A stretch of DNA of 26,179 bases. Source: a virus. Under the pieces are notes generated by a model. That model was not told the DNA's origin. It saw nothing but the letters and a program-made list of their open reading frames with translations, and searched no databases. Location of the stretch: the IMG/VR virus record IMGVR_UViG_3300006045_000004, positions 1 through 26,179 of that record, one strand, 5' to 3'. A program made the translations under genes and the position numbers. Of the stretch, positions 16,258 to 25,045 are shown piece after piece (the first letter of the stretch is position 1; each line of letters begins with the position of its first letter).

Positions 16258-18483
16258 TTATATACCTAAAGGGTTTCTTGACCTATTAACTCTCGTTGTT
16301 GGGTCACATTTTTGATATTTTCCATTATATTTAACCCAAGCATAAAAGTGACCAACTACGCCACCACTACGAGTTTTTAACATTGTTTTATTACTCATTT
16401 TAGCTTCAATACCATTAGCTTTACAAATATGAACTACCGCACGAGCCATATCCATACAATTACCTTTTCTATTTCTAATTACCCAATCTGGACAATGTGT
16501 ATAATCTTTATAAAAACTATAGTTCCAATTTCTCGTTGCATATTGGCACACTTGTTTTCCATTTTTATATTTTTTCGCTGTATCAATTGTTAGTTGTGAT
16601 AATTTACATTCATCTTTATATCCAACACCACTTCCTGGGTCTGCTAAATGTGTAGCTCCCTTTTGAGCTCCAGTACCATCTGTCCATGTTTGCCCACCAA
16701 CTGTTACATCTTGCTTGGCATCTCCTACTTCTGGTATTTCTGGATTATCTGGATTTCCAGGTCCATATAATAATGTTAAACTTGTCATAAGTCCTTTATC
16801 GGCATCCCAATCTGTTCTTACATTACTTATAAAGTACCTTCCTATACTACCTGTTTCTGGATTAGGTATTCTACAAAATGTACCTGGGAAGAATCTTCCA
16901 GAACCTATTATAGTCGCTTCTACTTTTAATCCAAAATCACGAATATATGCTGATAAATATGCATTTGCTCTTAGTGTTGCAGTTTCTTTATCAATTTTAG
17001 GTTCACTAAATACTTTTGGAACTTCTCCAAAAACTCTTACAAGGTCATCATATGATTTTTTAATAGTTCCATTTTTATATTTAACATACACAGTATTATA
17101 ATATCCAAACTCACTTACATCAAGTTTAAATGAATCATTTTCAATTTGCCAAGGTTGTATTTCATATATAGCATTCATACCATCAAATTTATTTGATAAA
17201 TATTCTAAACTTTCTATTTCTTTATATAACCAACTAAATGTACCTATCCATATATCATTGTTTCTTACTATACATATTGAATCTGTTTTTTTACATATTT
17301 CAGTTATTATATCTTCAAATGTTTTTTCACCTGCTATTATTGAAAGAGATTTTGTTGCTGAATCTTTTGTAAATGGTTTATCTGCGGTAAAACTTGGTGT
17401 ATAAGGTGCTCCACCTTTACTTTTTTTTTGATTTTTTAACTCAACTTCTGTTGCTGGAATAAGCTTAATTCTTGCACATCTTAATCCTTTACTATCCTTA
17501 CCCCAAGTATCTCCACCACAAACACCACAATAATCAGCACTACACGATTTACATGTTATTTGACCATCAAGCTTCGTCATCCATTTACCAGGTTTATCAT
17601 GAGCCAAATAAAGTTGACCAATCCCTTTATGAGACCTATTTTTACATGTTGAACTTACACATTGATTTATCCAAGTATATTTTTTCCAAACATAAGGAAA
17701 TGATGTTCTATTCATACAACACCCACAACTTGGTCTTGCTTTAACTGATATTGTGGGTTTATTATCATTAGGATTTTGTGTTTTATCAAGTCTTTCTATA
17801 TCTTTTTTTTCTTGCTTACTGTAACTAATATTAATATCTGTATAATCTCTTAAGTATTCTGGATATTGAGGTATGAAAAAAGTTCTACTGTCTGGTGTTT
17901 TATTATCTTTTAAAATACCAGCTGTATCTATTCCATCATTCATTATATTATCACGCATTGTATAAAAGGGTGTATTTTTTATAGATTTTAAAACATCAGG
18001 TATTTTGTAAATATCTTCTCCTTTATGCTTTAAATTACCATCTTTATCAAAAGCGTAATCTCCACCAACATTAAGTTTTATATATGATTTGTCAAAACCT
18101 AAATGATTAGTAATATCAACTAATACACTATATATGGTTTTGTTTTTTACTTTTTTTTCATAAAAATCTTGTGGCATCATTTGTTTAATTTTCCAACCAA
18201 TATCTTGAAGACTTATTTCCATATCTTGTCCGTTTAAACTAATTCCACGAACTCTTCCTATAAAAAGCCATAAATCATCATATACACCACCTTTAACACC
18301 AACCGTTTGTGTAATAGGTTCCCAATATGACCACAATTCTTTACTCCAAGGACATTTTAATGTTGCTGTTCCCATAGGACTATCTATACTTTTATCATAT
18401 GAAAATTCGGTGAAATATCTATGTTCTTTATTATCTTTTGTAGTTTTTACTACAAAATTTTTTTCTAAATTCATTATGGTCAT
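16258..18483 (-). CDS. Baseplate hub (gpD/XkdQ-like) with a Cys-rich insertion and a C-terminal transglutaminase-like cysteine protease; putative virion-associated pseudomurein hydrolase
   Basis: Hub motifs 'LFIGRVRGI...MEISLQDIG' and 'VEATIIGS...PGTFCRI...GRYFISNVRTDW...MTSLTL'; C-terminal triad 'GNCMD...GHFY...CDPT'; AGGTGA RBS. Confidence 0.8.
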   Translation of the reverse strand: MTIMNLEKNFVVKTTKDNKEHRYFTEFSYDKSIDSPMGTATLKCPWSKELWSYWEPITQTVGVKGGVYDDLWLFIGRVRGISLNGQDMEISLQDIGWKIKQMMPQDFYEKKVKNKTIYSVLVDITNHLGFDKSYIKLNVGGDYAFDKDGNLKHKGEDIYKIPDVLKSIKNTPFYTMRDNIMNDGIDTAGILKDNKTPDSRTFFIPQYPEYLRDYTDINISYSKQEKKDIERLDKTQNPNDNKPTISVKARPSCGCCMNRTSFPYVWKKYTWINQCVSSTCKNRSHKGIGQLYLAHDKPGKWMTKLDGQITCKSCSADYCGVCGGDTWGKDSKGLRCARIKLIPATEVELKNQKKSKGGAPYTPSFTADKPFTKDSATKSLSIIAGEKTFEDIITEICKKTDSICIVRNNDIWIGTFSWLYKEIESLEYLSNKFDGMNAIYEIQPWQIENDSFKLDVSEFGYYNTVYVKYKNGTIKKSYDDLVRVFGEVPKVFSEPKIDKETATLRANAYLSAYIRDFGLKVEATIIGSGRFFPGTFCRIPNPETGSIGRYFISNVRTDWDADKGLMTSLTLLYGPGNPDNPEIPEVGDAKQDVTVGGQTWTDGTGAQKGATHLADPGSGVGYKDECKLSQLTIDTAKKYKNGKQVCQYATRNWNYSFYKDYTHCPDWVIRNRKGNCMDMARAVVHICKANGIEAKMSNKTMLKTRSGGVVGHFYAWVKYNGKYQKCDPTTRVNRSRNPLGI

Positions 18484-18490
18484 TTTTTAT

Positions 18491-18958
18491 TCACCTTAAA
18501 CCTTCAATAGTAACTTCATAAGCAGCATCAGTTGTTCCACCCTCAACTTTGTGAGATATCTCTTCTATTACACCATCAAATGTTTCAAATAACTCACAAA
18601 TAACACGAACAGCTTCTCCATCATATTTTAATAAAAATTCTCTAACAAGTTCAAAATATTCATCATCAATTTTTGGTAATTGTGGTTCAAATCCAGAAAC
18701 ATAATTTGGATGGATATCGTCTGTTATTAATGTACTAAATTTAAGTGAAGCATATTGGTCACATAATGATGGTATTTTTAATGTTCCATGTGCAGAATCA
18801 AAAGTATTCCATCTTGTTCTTCTTCTTTGATATTCTATATCAGATGCTCTTAATATTAATCTTTCTAAGTTTTCATCTGACATTGGAACTAAAAGTATTT
18901 GTCCATTATGTTTTTTTATTGTTTCATAATCATCATAATCTTCAACAAATTCTACCAT
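18491..18958 (-). CDS. Tail protein between tape measure and hub (tube-initiator position), 155 aa
   Basis: AGGTGA RBS; function inferred from synteny only. Confidence 0.55.
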   Translation of the reverse strand: MVEFVEDYDDYETIKKHNGQILLVPMSDENLERLILRASDIEYQRRRTRWNTFDSAHGTLKIPSLCDQYASLKFSTLITDDIHPNYVSGFEPQLPKIDDEYFELVREFLLKYDGEAVRVICELFETFDGVIEEISHKVEGGTTDAAYEVTIEGLR

Positions 18959-18970
18959 TTTTCATCACCT

Positions 18971-21900
18971 TTATATTGATATATCTGGGTTACCTTTACT
19001 TGAAATAATTGTTGGTGCAATTATATCTGCTTTTTTAATTAAATCATTTGTTATTGCGTTCATATAGTCATCTGGATTGTCTTTTCTTGTTATTACTTCC
19101 ATTTTTCCTATATTTAGTTTTTTCTGGTCTACTCCAACTAATGGTGCTCTATCATGTAAGTTTACATTTATATCTGGTAATCTTTTATTTTTACAAAATA
19201 CATAATCTACTGTAATTTTTTTTAGTGCATCAAGGTCTGATTTTTTCTTTCCTTTTCCACCATCACCAATAGAATCTGTTCCAGAACCAGGATAATCATC
19301 TCCACCTTCTCCAGCTACTCCTCTATAATTCATATCTAAATTCTTTTTAAGGAATTTTTTAAGGTCAACATAAGTTTGGTCACTTCCATTACCAATTATA
19401 CTTACATTTTTAATACCCATGCTTTCAAATAAACCTTTTATTGCGGCATTTGATTGTATATTTGAAGCACCCCATGTTCCTTTTATATTACTTACTGGTT
19501 GGGTTGAACTATATTTATTAGGGTCTATTCCAGCTTTTTTAGAATATTCAACCTTCATACCCTTACCTTTATCTTGTAGCCATCCACCAATATCATTTCC
19601 AACAACAGGTATTTTTTTAGCTTGTTCACCTAATCCTTCAATAAATCCTCCTAAAGCAGCAATTACACCATTAAAACCATTTTCATTTAAATTTCCAATA
19701 GCATCAGCTATATTCCAAATTCCAATTAATATTTGAGCTATGGGCCATATTACATCAATAAGACTATTTACTAATATATCAAGAGCTTCATAAAGACTTA
19801 ACCATGCATTATTCCAAAATACAGTCCAATATGCTCTACTCCATATTTGGTCAGCATATTCTTGAGCAAGAATATCAATCATCGCATTTTGTGCTTCTAA
19901 TGTATTTCCAAACATAGCACTAACATTTTCATTTCCTTGTGATATACCTGAATCTATCATATCCATTTTTTTCAATATATTGTCTGTTTCAGATTCCATT
20001 AATACATTTGAGTTTGCAACAACTTGTTCTACTTGCATCCAATCAAGCATTCTTTTAACTTCATCAACACTCATTCCTGTTTCTTTTACTAAATCATTTA
20101 ATGATTTTACAAAATCTTCTCCTGCAATACCATATTTATGTGCTGCATCTATTGCTAATTTAGCACTTCCATCAGCTGCAACTTCAATATCTTCCCACAT
20201 TTGCATTTTGTCTAATAATGGATTACTATTATCTGTTTTAACCATATTAAGTGCATCTGTTTGTTTATTATATAATGTTGTGAAATCACTCCAATAAGTA
20301 TTAAGTTTACTCATTGCTTTTCCATTTTTTGATAAGAAATCATTAACTACTTGAAGATTATCTTCATATACCCTACTTTGATTTGCTATTGAAAAAGGAT
20401 TACCGCTTGTTGATGCGTTTTGCCAACTTAAATTTTTGTCCATATCCCAGGTACCAGATGAAAATTTTAAAAAAGCACCATAGATTGAATTATCCCATGA
20501 ACCTGCTGATTTTTGTTTAAACATTTCAGCTGCCCATGTTCCTTTTGATGGGTCTTCATATTTTTGTTCGTTCATACCTAATTTTTGAAATAAATTGTAA
20601 GCACTTGCATGAATACCGTTACTTCCAGTATCTCCCCACATTCCCCAAAAACCATCTGATTCTTCTTTAGCTATTTGATTTGCAGCTACTTTCATTGCTA
20701 AATTAGACTCTTCCATTGCTTTTGTATATTTTTTTACATTTTCTGCACTTTTTTGAGCTTGTACTGAATTTTCTCCAAATCTTTCGGTATTATCTTTTAA
20801 TGATTGATTAGCGTCATCTAATTTTTGTTTGTTTTCTTCATATGCTTTCTTTTGTTTATCAAATCTTTCTTTTAATTTTTCAAGATTTTTCATATAATTA
20901 TCATGCATAATTGCAAAAATAGCTATTACTGCTATAATAGCAACTATAGCTATTATAGCTATTCCAATTGGACTTGCTAATCCCATAATAGCTGTAGATA
21001 ATGATGCCATAGCTCCTTCACCAGCTGCTGCACTTTGACCTATTTTACTTGTACTACTTATAAGACTATTTGCTACCATTTCTTCTTTCCAAAATGTGCT
21101 TAATTTGCTCATTAATCCTATTTTAGCAGCTTCATCAGTTAGTTCTTTATTAGCTTTTGGTATTAAATTTTGAGCTCCATTAACACTATTTCCAACAAGC
21201 ATTATATCTTCAGTTTCTTTAAATCCTTTAATTGATGCTTGTAAATTATCTATAGCAGCTTGACCACCACCAGTAAATTGTTTCATGTTAAGATTTTTCA
21301 TAACATTATCAATTTGGTCAGCATTTTTAAGATTTTTTAAAATTTGCCCCCCACCAATATCTGTACCTATATTATTAAGACCTTTTGTACCAGTATTAGT
21401 AAATAAATTACTTAATCCTCCAGCTATTCCACCTGTTGTTGTAGCTGCTGGTGCTATTCTTGAGCCACTCATTAAATCAACACCTTTTATAGTTACAGGT
21501 GTTGGTTTGCTTGTAATTCCATTATAATTACCATAATTGTATGCAAACCCAGGTCGATTAAAATTAGCTCCACCGTGATGTCCTGCTCCATAGAATGGCA
21601 TACTACCATATGGTGACATTGGGCTTCCTCCACCAGGAAGTGTAAATGGTGGTAAATAACCTCCTCCTTTTATTCCTGACATTCCACTTCTATGTGCATT
21701 ATAAAACATTCCATTATTAAATGCCTTATGTTTTAAAAGTGTGTCTTCGTAGCTTTTTAAATATCTTTTTATTACTGCTTGTTCATTTAGAAGTTCTGAA
21801 CCAACAAATGCACTTGACATACCCATAGTTGCTTTATTAATATTAATACCTTTACCAGTACCAGGTGTTTTAATTCCAGAGCCAACTGATGCCATTTGTG

Positions 21901-23593
21901 CTACATTCAATCTTTCTTGGGCAATAGCTAATGCAGTTACTTCTAAAGCAGCAGTTCCTGCTGACTCACCTAATGCTATGTTTTCTAATCCTAAAGAGTT
22001 TGTTAATGGTATTCCTGTTTCCATTTCTGTATTAACTAATCCGAGTGCAAGTCCTAAATCATTTACTGCTGTTGCTGTAATTGGCGTAACTGTTGATACT
22101 TCTCCTAATGACCCACTCATCATATCTGCTGATACACTTGTATCTTGAATTAATCCTGATAGTATACCTGTATTTGTAGCTAATTCACCTTCTGCAACGG
22201 ATGCTGCTTCTGTTTCTCCAGCTAAAATACCTAATGATTTCATAATTCCATTAAATGATGTATCTGCTGTTCTTAGTGCTGTTATCGCATATCTTAATAC
22301 TCCTACAAATAATTTTGTAGCAACAACAAGTCCTAAAAACGCTCCCCCAAGTAATACAATAGTTGTTATCCATCCTAAAAATGGATTATCTCCAACTGCT
22401 TTAAAAAACCATGTTAAAGCATCAAGTATTGGTTTTACTGCTACTAATAAATTATTACCAACATTAATCAAACCAACTTTAAACGCTTCTTTTAATTGAT
22501 TCCATTTTTCAGTAGCCGATTCAAGAATTTTATTTATTCTCTCCTCTACATCTATTCCTTCAGCTATTTTTTCACGAAATGGGTCAACTGCTTTTGGGTC
22601 TATTTTCATTATTTGGTTTGCCATTTTTGGTCCAACCATTTTGCTCCAAAATTCAATTCTTTGCATTTGACTTAATTCGTAAGCATCCATGCTGTCATTA
22701 ATTAATTGTATTTGTTCTGATATTGGTTTTGCTTGATTTCCATCTTTTGACCATAAGTCTCCTGGTTTTAAACCTATAGCTCCAAGCATATCTACTGCTG
22801 GTGTTGCTTGTGCTGCTGGTCTTGTAAGGAATGCTCTTAATGCTGTTCCTGCTACATCTCCCTTAACACCACGAGAACCTAATAGTGCAATTACTCCGAA
22901 AAGGTCTTCTCTTCCTTCTCCTTTACCTAAACCAGCTAAATCAGCTGTTCCACCAGTATATTTTAATGTTGCTATTATATCTTTTACTTTAATTGGTGCT
23001 GTTTGTGCCGTTGTAATTAATTGTTTATTTAATTCTCTTAAATCGTCTGTAAAACCTTCAACACCAACATCAGTACCTAATAAACCTGTAGTAGTAATAA
23101 GCATTTCTAACGAATCATTTAATTCAATACCTTCCATCTTAGCAAGTTTTAAACCTTCTTCAAGAACTTTTGCTTGGTCAGCACTATCTTTTAATCCAGC
23201 ACGACCTAATGTAATAAGACCTTCATTAAGCATACTCATATCTGCACCATATTTAACAGCCATATCCTTAGCTTGTTGACCAAGAAAACTCATTTGTGAT
23301 GCAGTAGCACCTGACACAGCTGCCACTTGATTCATTTGTTGTTCAAACTTAGCAGCTTCCATAGTAGCTGCACCTAAAGCTAATGTTGCAGCACCAGCCA
23401 TAGCAATAGCAGCACCTTGTGCCGTATTTAAAGAATTAGTTAAAGCTTGACCACTCATATAACTCATTTGCCTTAAAGAAGCAAAATTAGTCATAGCCGC
23501 AGCTGTACCCATACCTGTTCTATTTGTAGCTGTAAGTACAAAATTCACTATATTTGGAGCACCCATAGCTCCACCAACACTTTCTCCTACCAT
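18971..23593 (-). CDS. Tape measure protein with TP901-family core (1540 aa)
   Basis: 'AAKFEQQMNQVAAVSGAT...' and 'GVKGDVAGTALRAFLTR'; Ala/Gly-rich, TM segments, coiled coils; follows the chaperone. Confidence 0.95.
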   Translation of the reverse strand: MVGESVGGAMGAPNIVNFVLTATNRTGMGTAAAMTNFASLRQMSYMSGQALTNSLNTAQGAAIAMAGAATLALGAATMEAAKFEQQMNQVAAVSGATASQMSFLGQQAKDMAVKYGADMSMLNEGLITLGRAGLKDSADQAKVLEEGLKLAKMEGIELNDSLEMLITTTGLLGTDVGVEGFTDDLRELNKQLITTAQTAPIKVKDIIATLKYTGGTADLAGLGKGEGREDLFGVIALLGSRGVKGDVAGTALRAFLTRPAAQATPAVDMLGAIGLKPGDLWSKDGNQAKPISEQIQLINDSMDAYELSQMQRIEFWSKMVGPKMANQIMKIDPKAVDPFREKIAEGIDVEERINKILESATEKWNQLKEAFKVGLINVGNNLLVAVKPILDALTWFFKAVGDNPFLGWITTIVLLGGAFLGLVVATKLFVGVLRYAITALRTADTSFNGIMKSLGILAGETEAASVAEGELATNTGILSGLIQDTSVSADMMSGSLGEVSTVTPITATAVNDLGLALGLVNTEMETGIPLTNSLGLENIALGESAGTAALEVTALAIAQERLNVAQMASVGSGIKTPGTGKGININKATMGMSSAFVGSELLNEQAVIKRYLKSYEDTLLKHKAFNNGMFYNAHRSGMSGIKGGGYLPPFTLPGGGSPMSPYGSMPFYGAGHHGGANFNRPGFAYNYGNYNGITSKPTPVTIKGVDLMSGSRIAPAATTTGGIAGGLSNLFTNTGTKGLNNIGTDIGGGQILKNLKNADQIDNVMKNLNMKQFTGGGQAAIDNLQASIKGFKETEDIMLVGNSVNGAQNLIPKANKELTDEAAKIGLMSKLSTFWKEEMVANSLISSTSKIGQSAAAGEGAMASLSTAIMGLASPIGIAIIAIVAIIAVIAIFAIMHDNYMKNLEKLKERFDKQKKAYEENKQKLDDANQSLKDNTERFGENSVQAQKSAENVKKYTKAMEESNLAMKVAANQIAKEESDGFWGMWGDTGSNGIHASAYNLFQKLGMNEQKYEDPSKGTWAAEMFKQKSAGSWDNSIYGAFLKFSSGTWDMDKNLSWQNASTSGNPFSIANQSRVYEDNLQVVNDFLSKNGKAMSKLNTYWSDFTTLYNKQTDALNMVKTDNSNPLLDKMQMWEDIEVAADGSAKLAIDAAHKYGIAGEDFVKSLNDLVKETGMSVDEVKRMLDWMQVEQVVANSNVLMESETDNILKKMDMIDSGISQGNENVSAMFGNTLEAQNAMIDILAQEYADQIWSRAYWTVFWNNAWLSLYEALDILVNSLIDVIWPIAQILIGIWNIADAIGNLNENGFNGVIAALGGFIEGLGEQAKKIPVVGNDIGGWLQDKGKGMKVEYSKKAGIDPNKYSSTQPVSNIKGTWGASNIQSNAAIKGLFESMGIKNVSIIGNGSDQTYVDLKKFLKKNLDMNYRGVAGEGGDDYPGSGTDSIGDGGKGKKKSDLDALKKITVDYVFCKNKRLPDINVNLHDRAPLVGVDQKKLNIGKMEVITRKDNPDDYMNAITNDLIKKADIIAPTIISSKGNPDISI

Positions 23594-23617
23594 TTTTTTA
23601 CCTGGGGTATATTATAT

Positions 23618-23803
23618 TTATATTCCTAATGGAAATCCTGTTTTTTGTGCTAATTCAATTTCCCAAAGCATACCTGCTCTAACAAAATCAATATCAGTTT
23701 GCTTTATTTTTCCTTCCTCTAATTGCTCTCCAAGTTCTGAGGGCCATAATTTATATGTTTTACATAATAAATAATCTAACTTTAACTCAGTAGAATATTC
23801 TAT
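23618..23803 (-). CDS. -1 frameshift extension of the chaperone (gpGT-like; +61 aa, ~273 aa fusion); absent from the ORF track
   Basis: The -1 frame after the A9 run (23803-23811) reads IEYSTELKLDYLLCKTYKLWPSELGEQLEEG...TGFPLGI*, fills the gap to the TMP gene and has no early start codon. Confidence 0.85.
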   Translation of the reverse strand: MEYSTELKLDYLLCKTYKLWPSELGEQLEEGKIKQTDIDFVRAGMLWEIELAQKTGFPLGI

Positions 23804-24438
23804 TTTTTTTTAAAATCTTCTAACAATTTTGTTTCATTAATATTTGATAATAAAGATGCAACTTTAATACCTAATTCATTTGATAATGGTGCATCTACAT
23901 CTGCCCATTTCTCAGAACTCATTTTAGGGTCTACAATAACTTTTGCTAATAATTCATAATTTTTTTCTCTAAGTAACTCCACTTCCTCATCACTTAAATC
24001 ATCTTGATTCTTTGTCATTAATTTTCTATCAAAATATTTTTGCATTTCTCTTTCAGATAACCTTTTAGCCATAAATACCATAGCTTCAGTATCACTTACA
24101 GGTATTTTAAGTGGTATCTTTTTATCTTTTCTTGTAAAAATTAAATCTTCAGTTGCTTTAATTTCTTCATATTCTTTAACTTTTTCTTTCCTTAATCTTG
24201 TTTTAGTATTAATTTGAGCACTACCAGCTTCTTCAATAATACTATCTACTTTATCATCAATCTCATTATCTTCAGTTTTTGGTTCTTCACCAAATGTACT
24301 TACTCCTTCAAGCTCAAGGTCTTCTTTATCAAGATATAATTCTGCTTTTGATTTTTTCCTTACTTCAACAACTTCTTTTTCCACTTTATTAGATAATTCT
24401 TGAATTTCTGAACTATCTACTCCTTTATCAAATTTCAT
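23800..24438 (-). CDS. Tail assembly chaperone (lambda gpG-like), 212 aa
   Basis: Between tube and tape measure; acidic; ends TTT AAA AAA AAA TAG. Confidence 0.8.
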   Translation of the reverse strand: MKFDKGVDSSEIQELSNKVEKEVVEVRKKSKAELYLDKEDLELEGVSTFGEEPKTEDNEIDDKVDSIIEEAGSAQINTKTRLRKEKVKEYEEIKATEDLIFTRKDKKIPLKIPVSDTEAMVFMAKRLSEREMQKYFDRKLMTKNQDDLSDEEVELLREKNYELLAKVIVDPKMSSEKWADVDAPLSNELGIKVASLLSNINETKLLEDFKKK

Positions 24439-24538
24439 TCTTGTTCACACTCACTATATTCATTAAATTTAAAAAAATTAGTTCCATTTCTGGATATTTG
24501 GTCAAGTTTTTTGTATTTCCGATACATTTTATTTTCAT
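24428..24538 (-). CDS. Candidate small ORF (36 aa)
   Basis: GAGGTG 9 nt before the ATG at 24538; MKIKCIGNTKNLTKYPEMELIFLNLMNIVSVNKNEI*; overlaps the chaperone start. Confidence 0.35.
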   Translation of the reverse strand: MKIKCIGNTKNLTKYPEMELIFLNLMNIVSVNKNEI

Positions 24539-24562
24539 CTTTTCTTACACCTCTTTGAAAAT

Positions 24563-24598
24563 AAAAAAAATTTTTAATTCTCCAATTAAGGAGAATTA
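24563..24598 (-). terminator. Putative terminator/attenuator after the tail tube gene
   Basis: 9-bp stem TAATTCTCC / GGAGAATTA (24575-24598) with a 6-nt loop, followed on the minus strand by a T8 tract. Confidence 0.55.
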
Positions 24599-24603
24599 TG
24601 TTT

Positions 24604-25032
24604 TTATAAAGTACATTCGTTCTTTATTGCTGTTCTTATCTGGTCAATACTAACTACTCTTTTAGTACCTGCACCTTGAGCTTCTTGTTTAACTACATCT
24701 TGACCGTTTACTGGTCCTATATTATCTGAAGTTAATTTGCACCCTTGTACTGCCATTACTAATTGTGGTTCTTCTAAGTCATTATTAAAAAGTAATAGTG
24801 TAAATTCACAATCACTTTCATATATTTTGCTAAATATATTATCTGAAAATGCTCTTCTTAATGTGAATTCTACTCTTTTTCTTCCTGTTCTTATTGATGA
24901 AGCATCTTTACTTCCACTTTCATAGTATGGGTTTGAGTCTTTTGAAGAATTGATTGTTATTTCTTCACAATCTACTCTTGTTGAGCCAATTAGTATGAAT
25001 CCTGTTTCAAAATATACTGGTCCGTTTGCCAT
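24604..25032 (-). CDS. Tail tube protein (142 aa)
   Basis: Directly after sheath; size and pattern 'IRTGRKRVEFTLRR...VQGCKLTS...VVKQEAQG' fit contractile-tail tubes; GGAGTG RBS. Confidence 0.85.
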   Translation of the reverse strand: MANGPVYFETGFILIGSTRVDCEEITINSSKDSNPYYESGSKDASSIRTGRKRVEFTLRRAFSDNIFSKIYESDCEFTLLLFNNDLEEPQLVMAVQGCKLTSDNIGPVNGQDVVKQEAQGAGTKRVVSIDQIRTAIKNECTL

Positions 25033-25045
25033 ATTTTAACACTCC

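Noticed and set aside
24441-24653. 70-aa ORF listed on the minus strand
   Set aside because: The given translation matches the plus strand from TTG 24441; it is low complexity and overlaps the tube gene end and the hairpin, so it is likely spurious.
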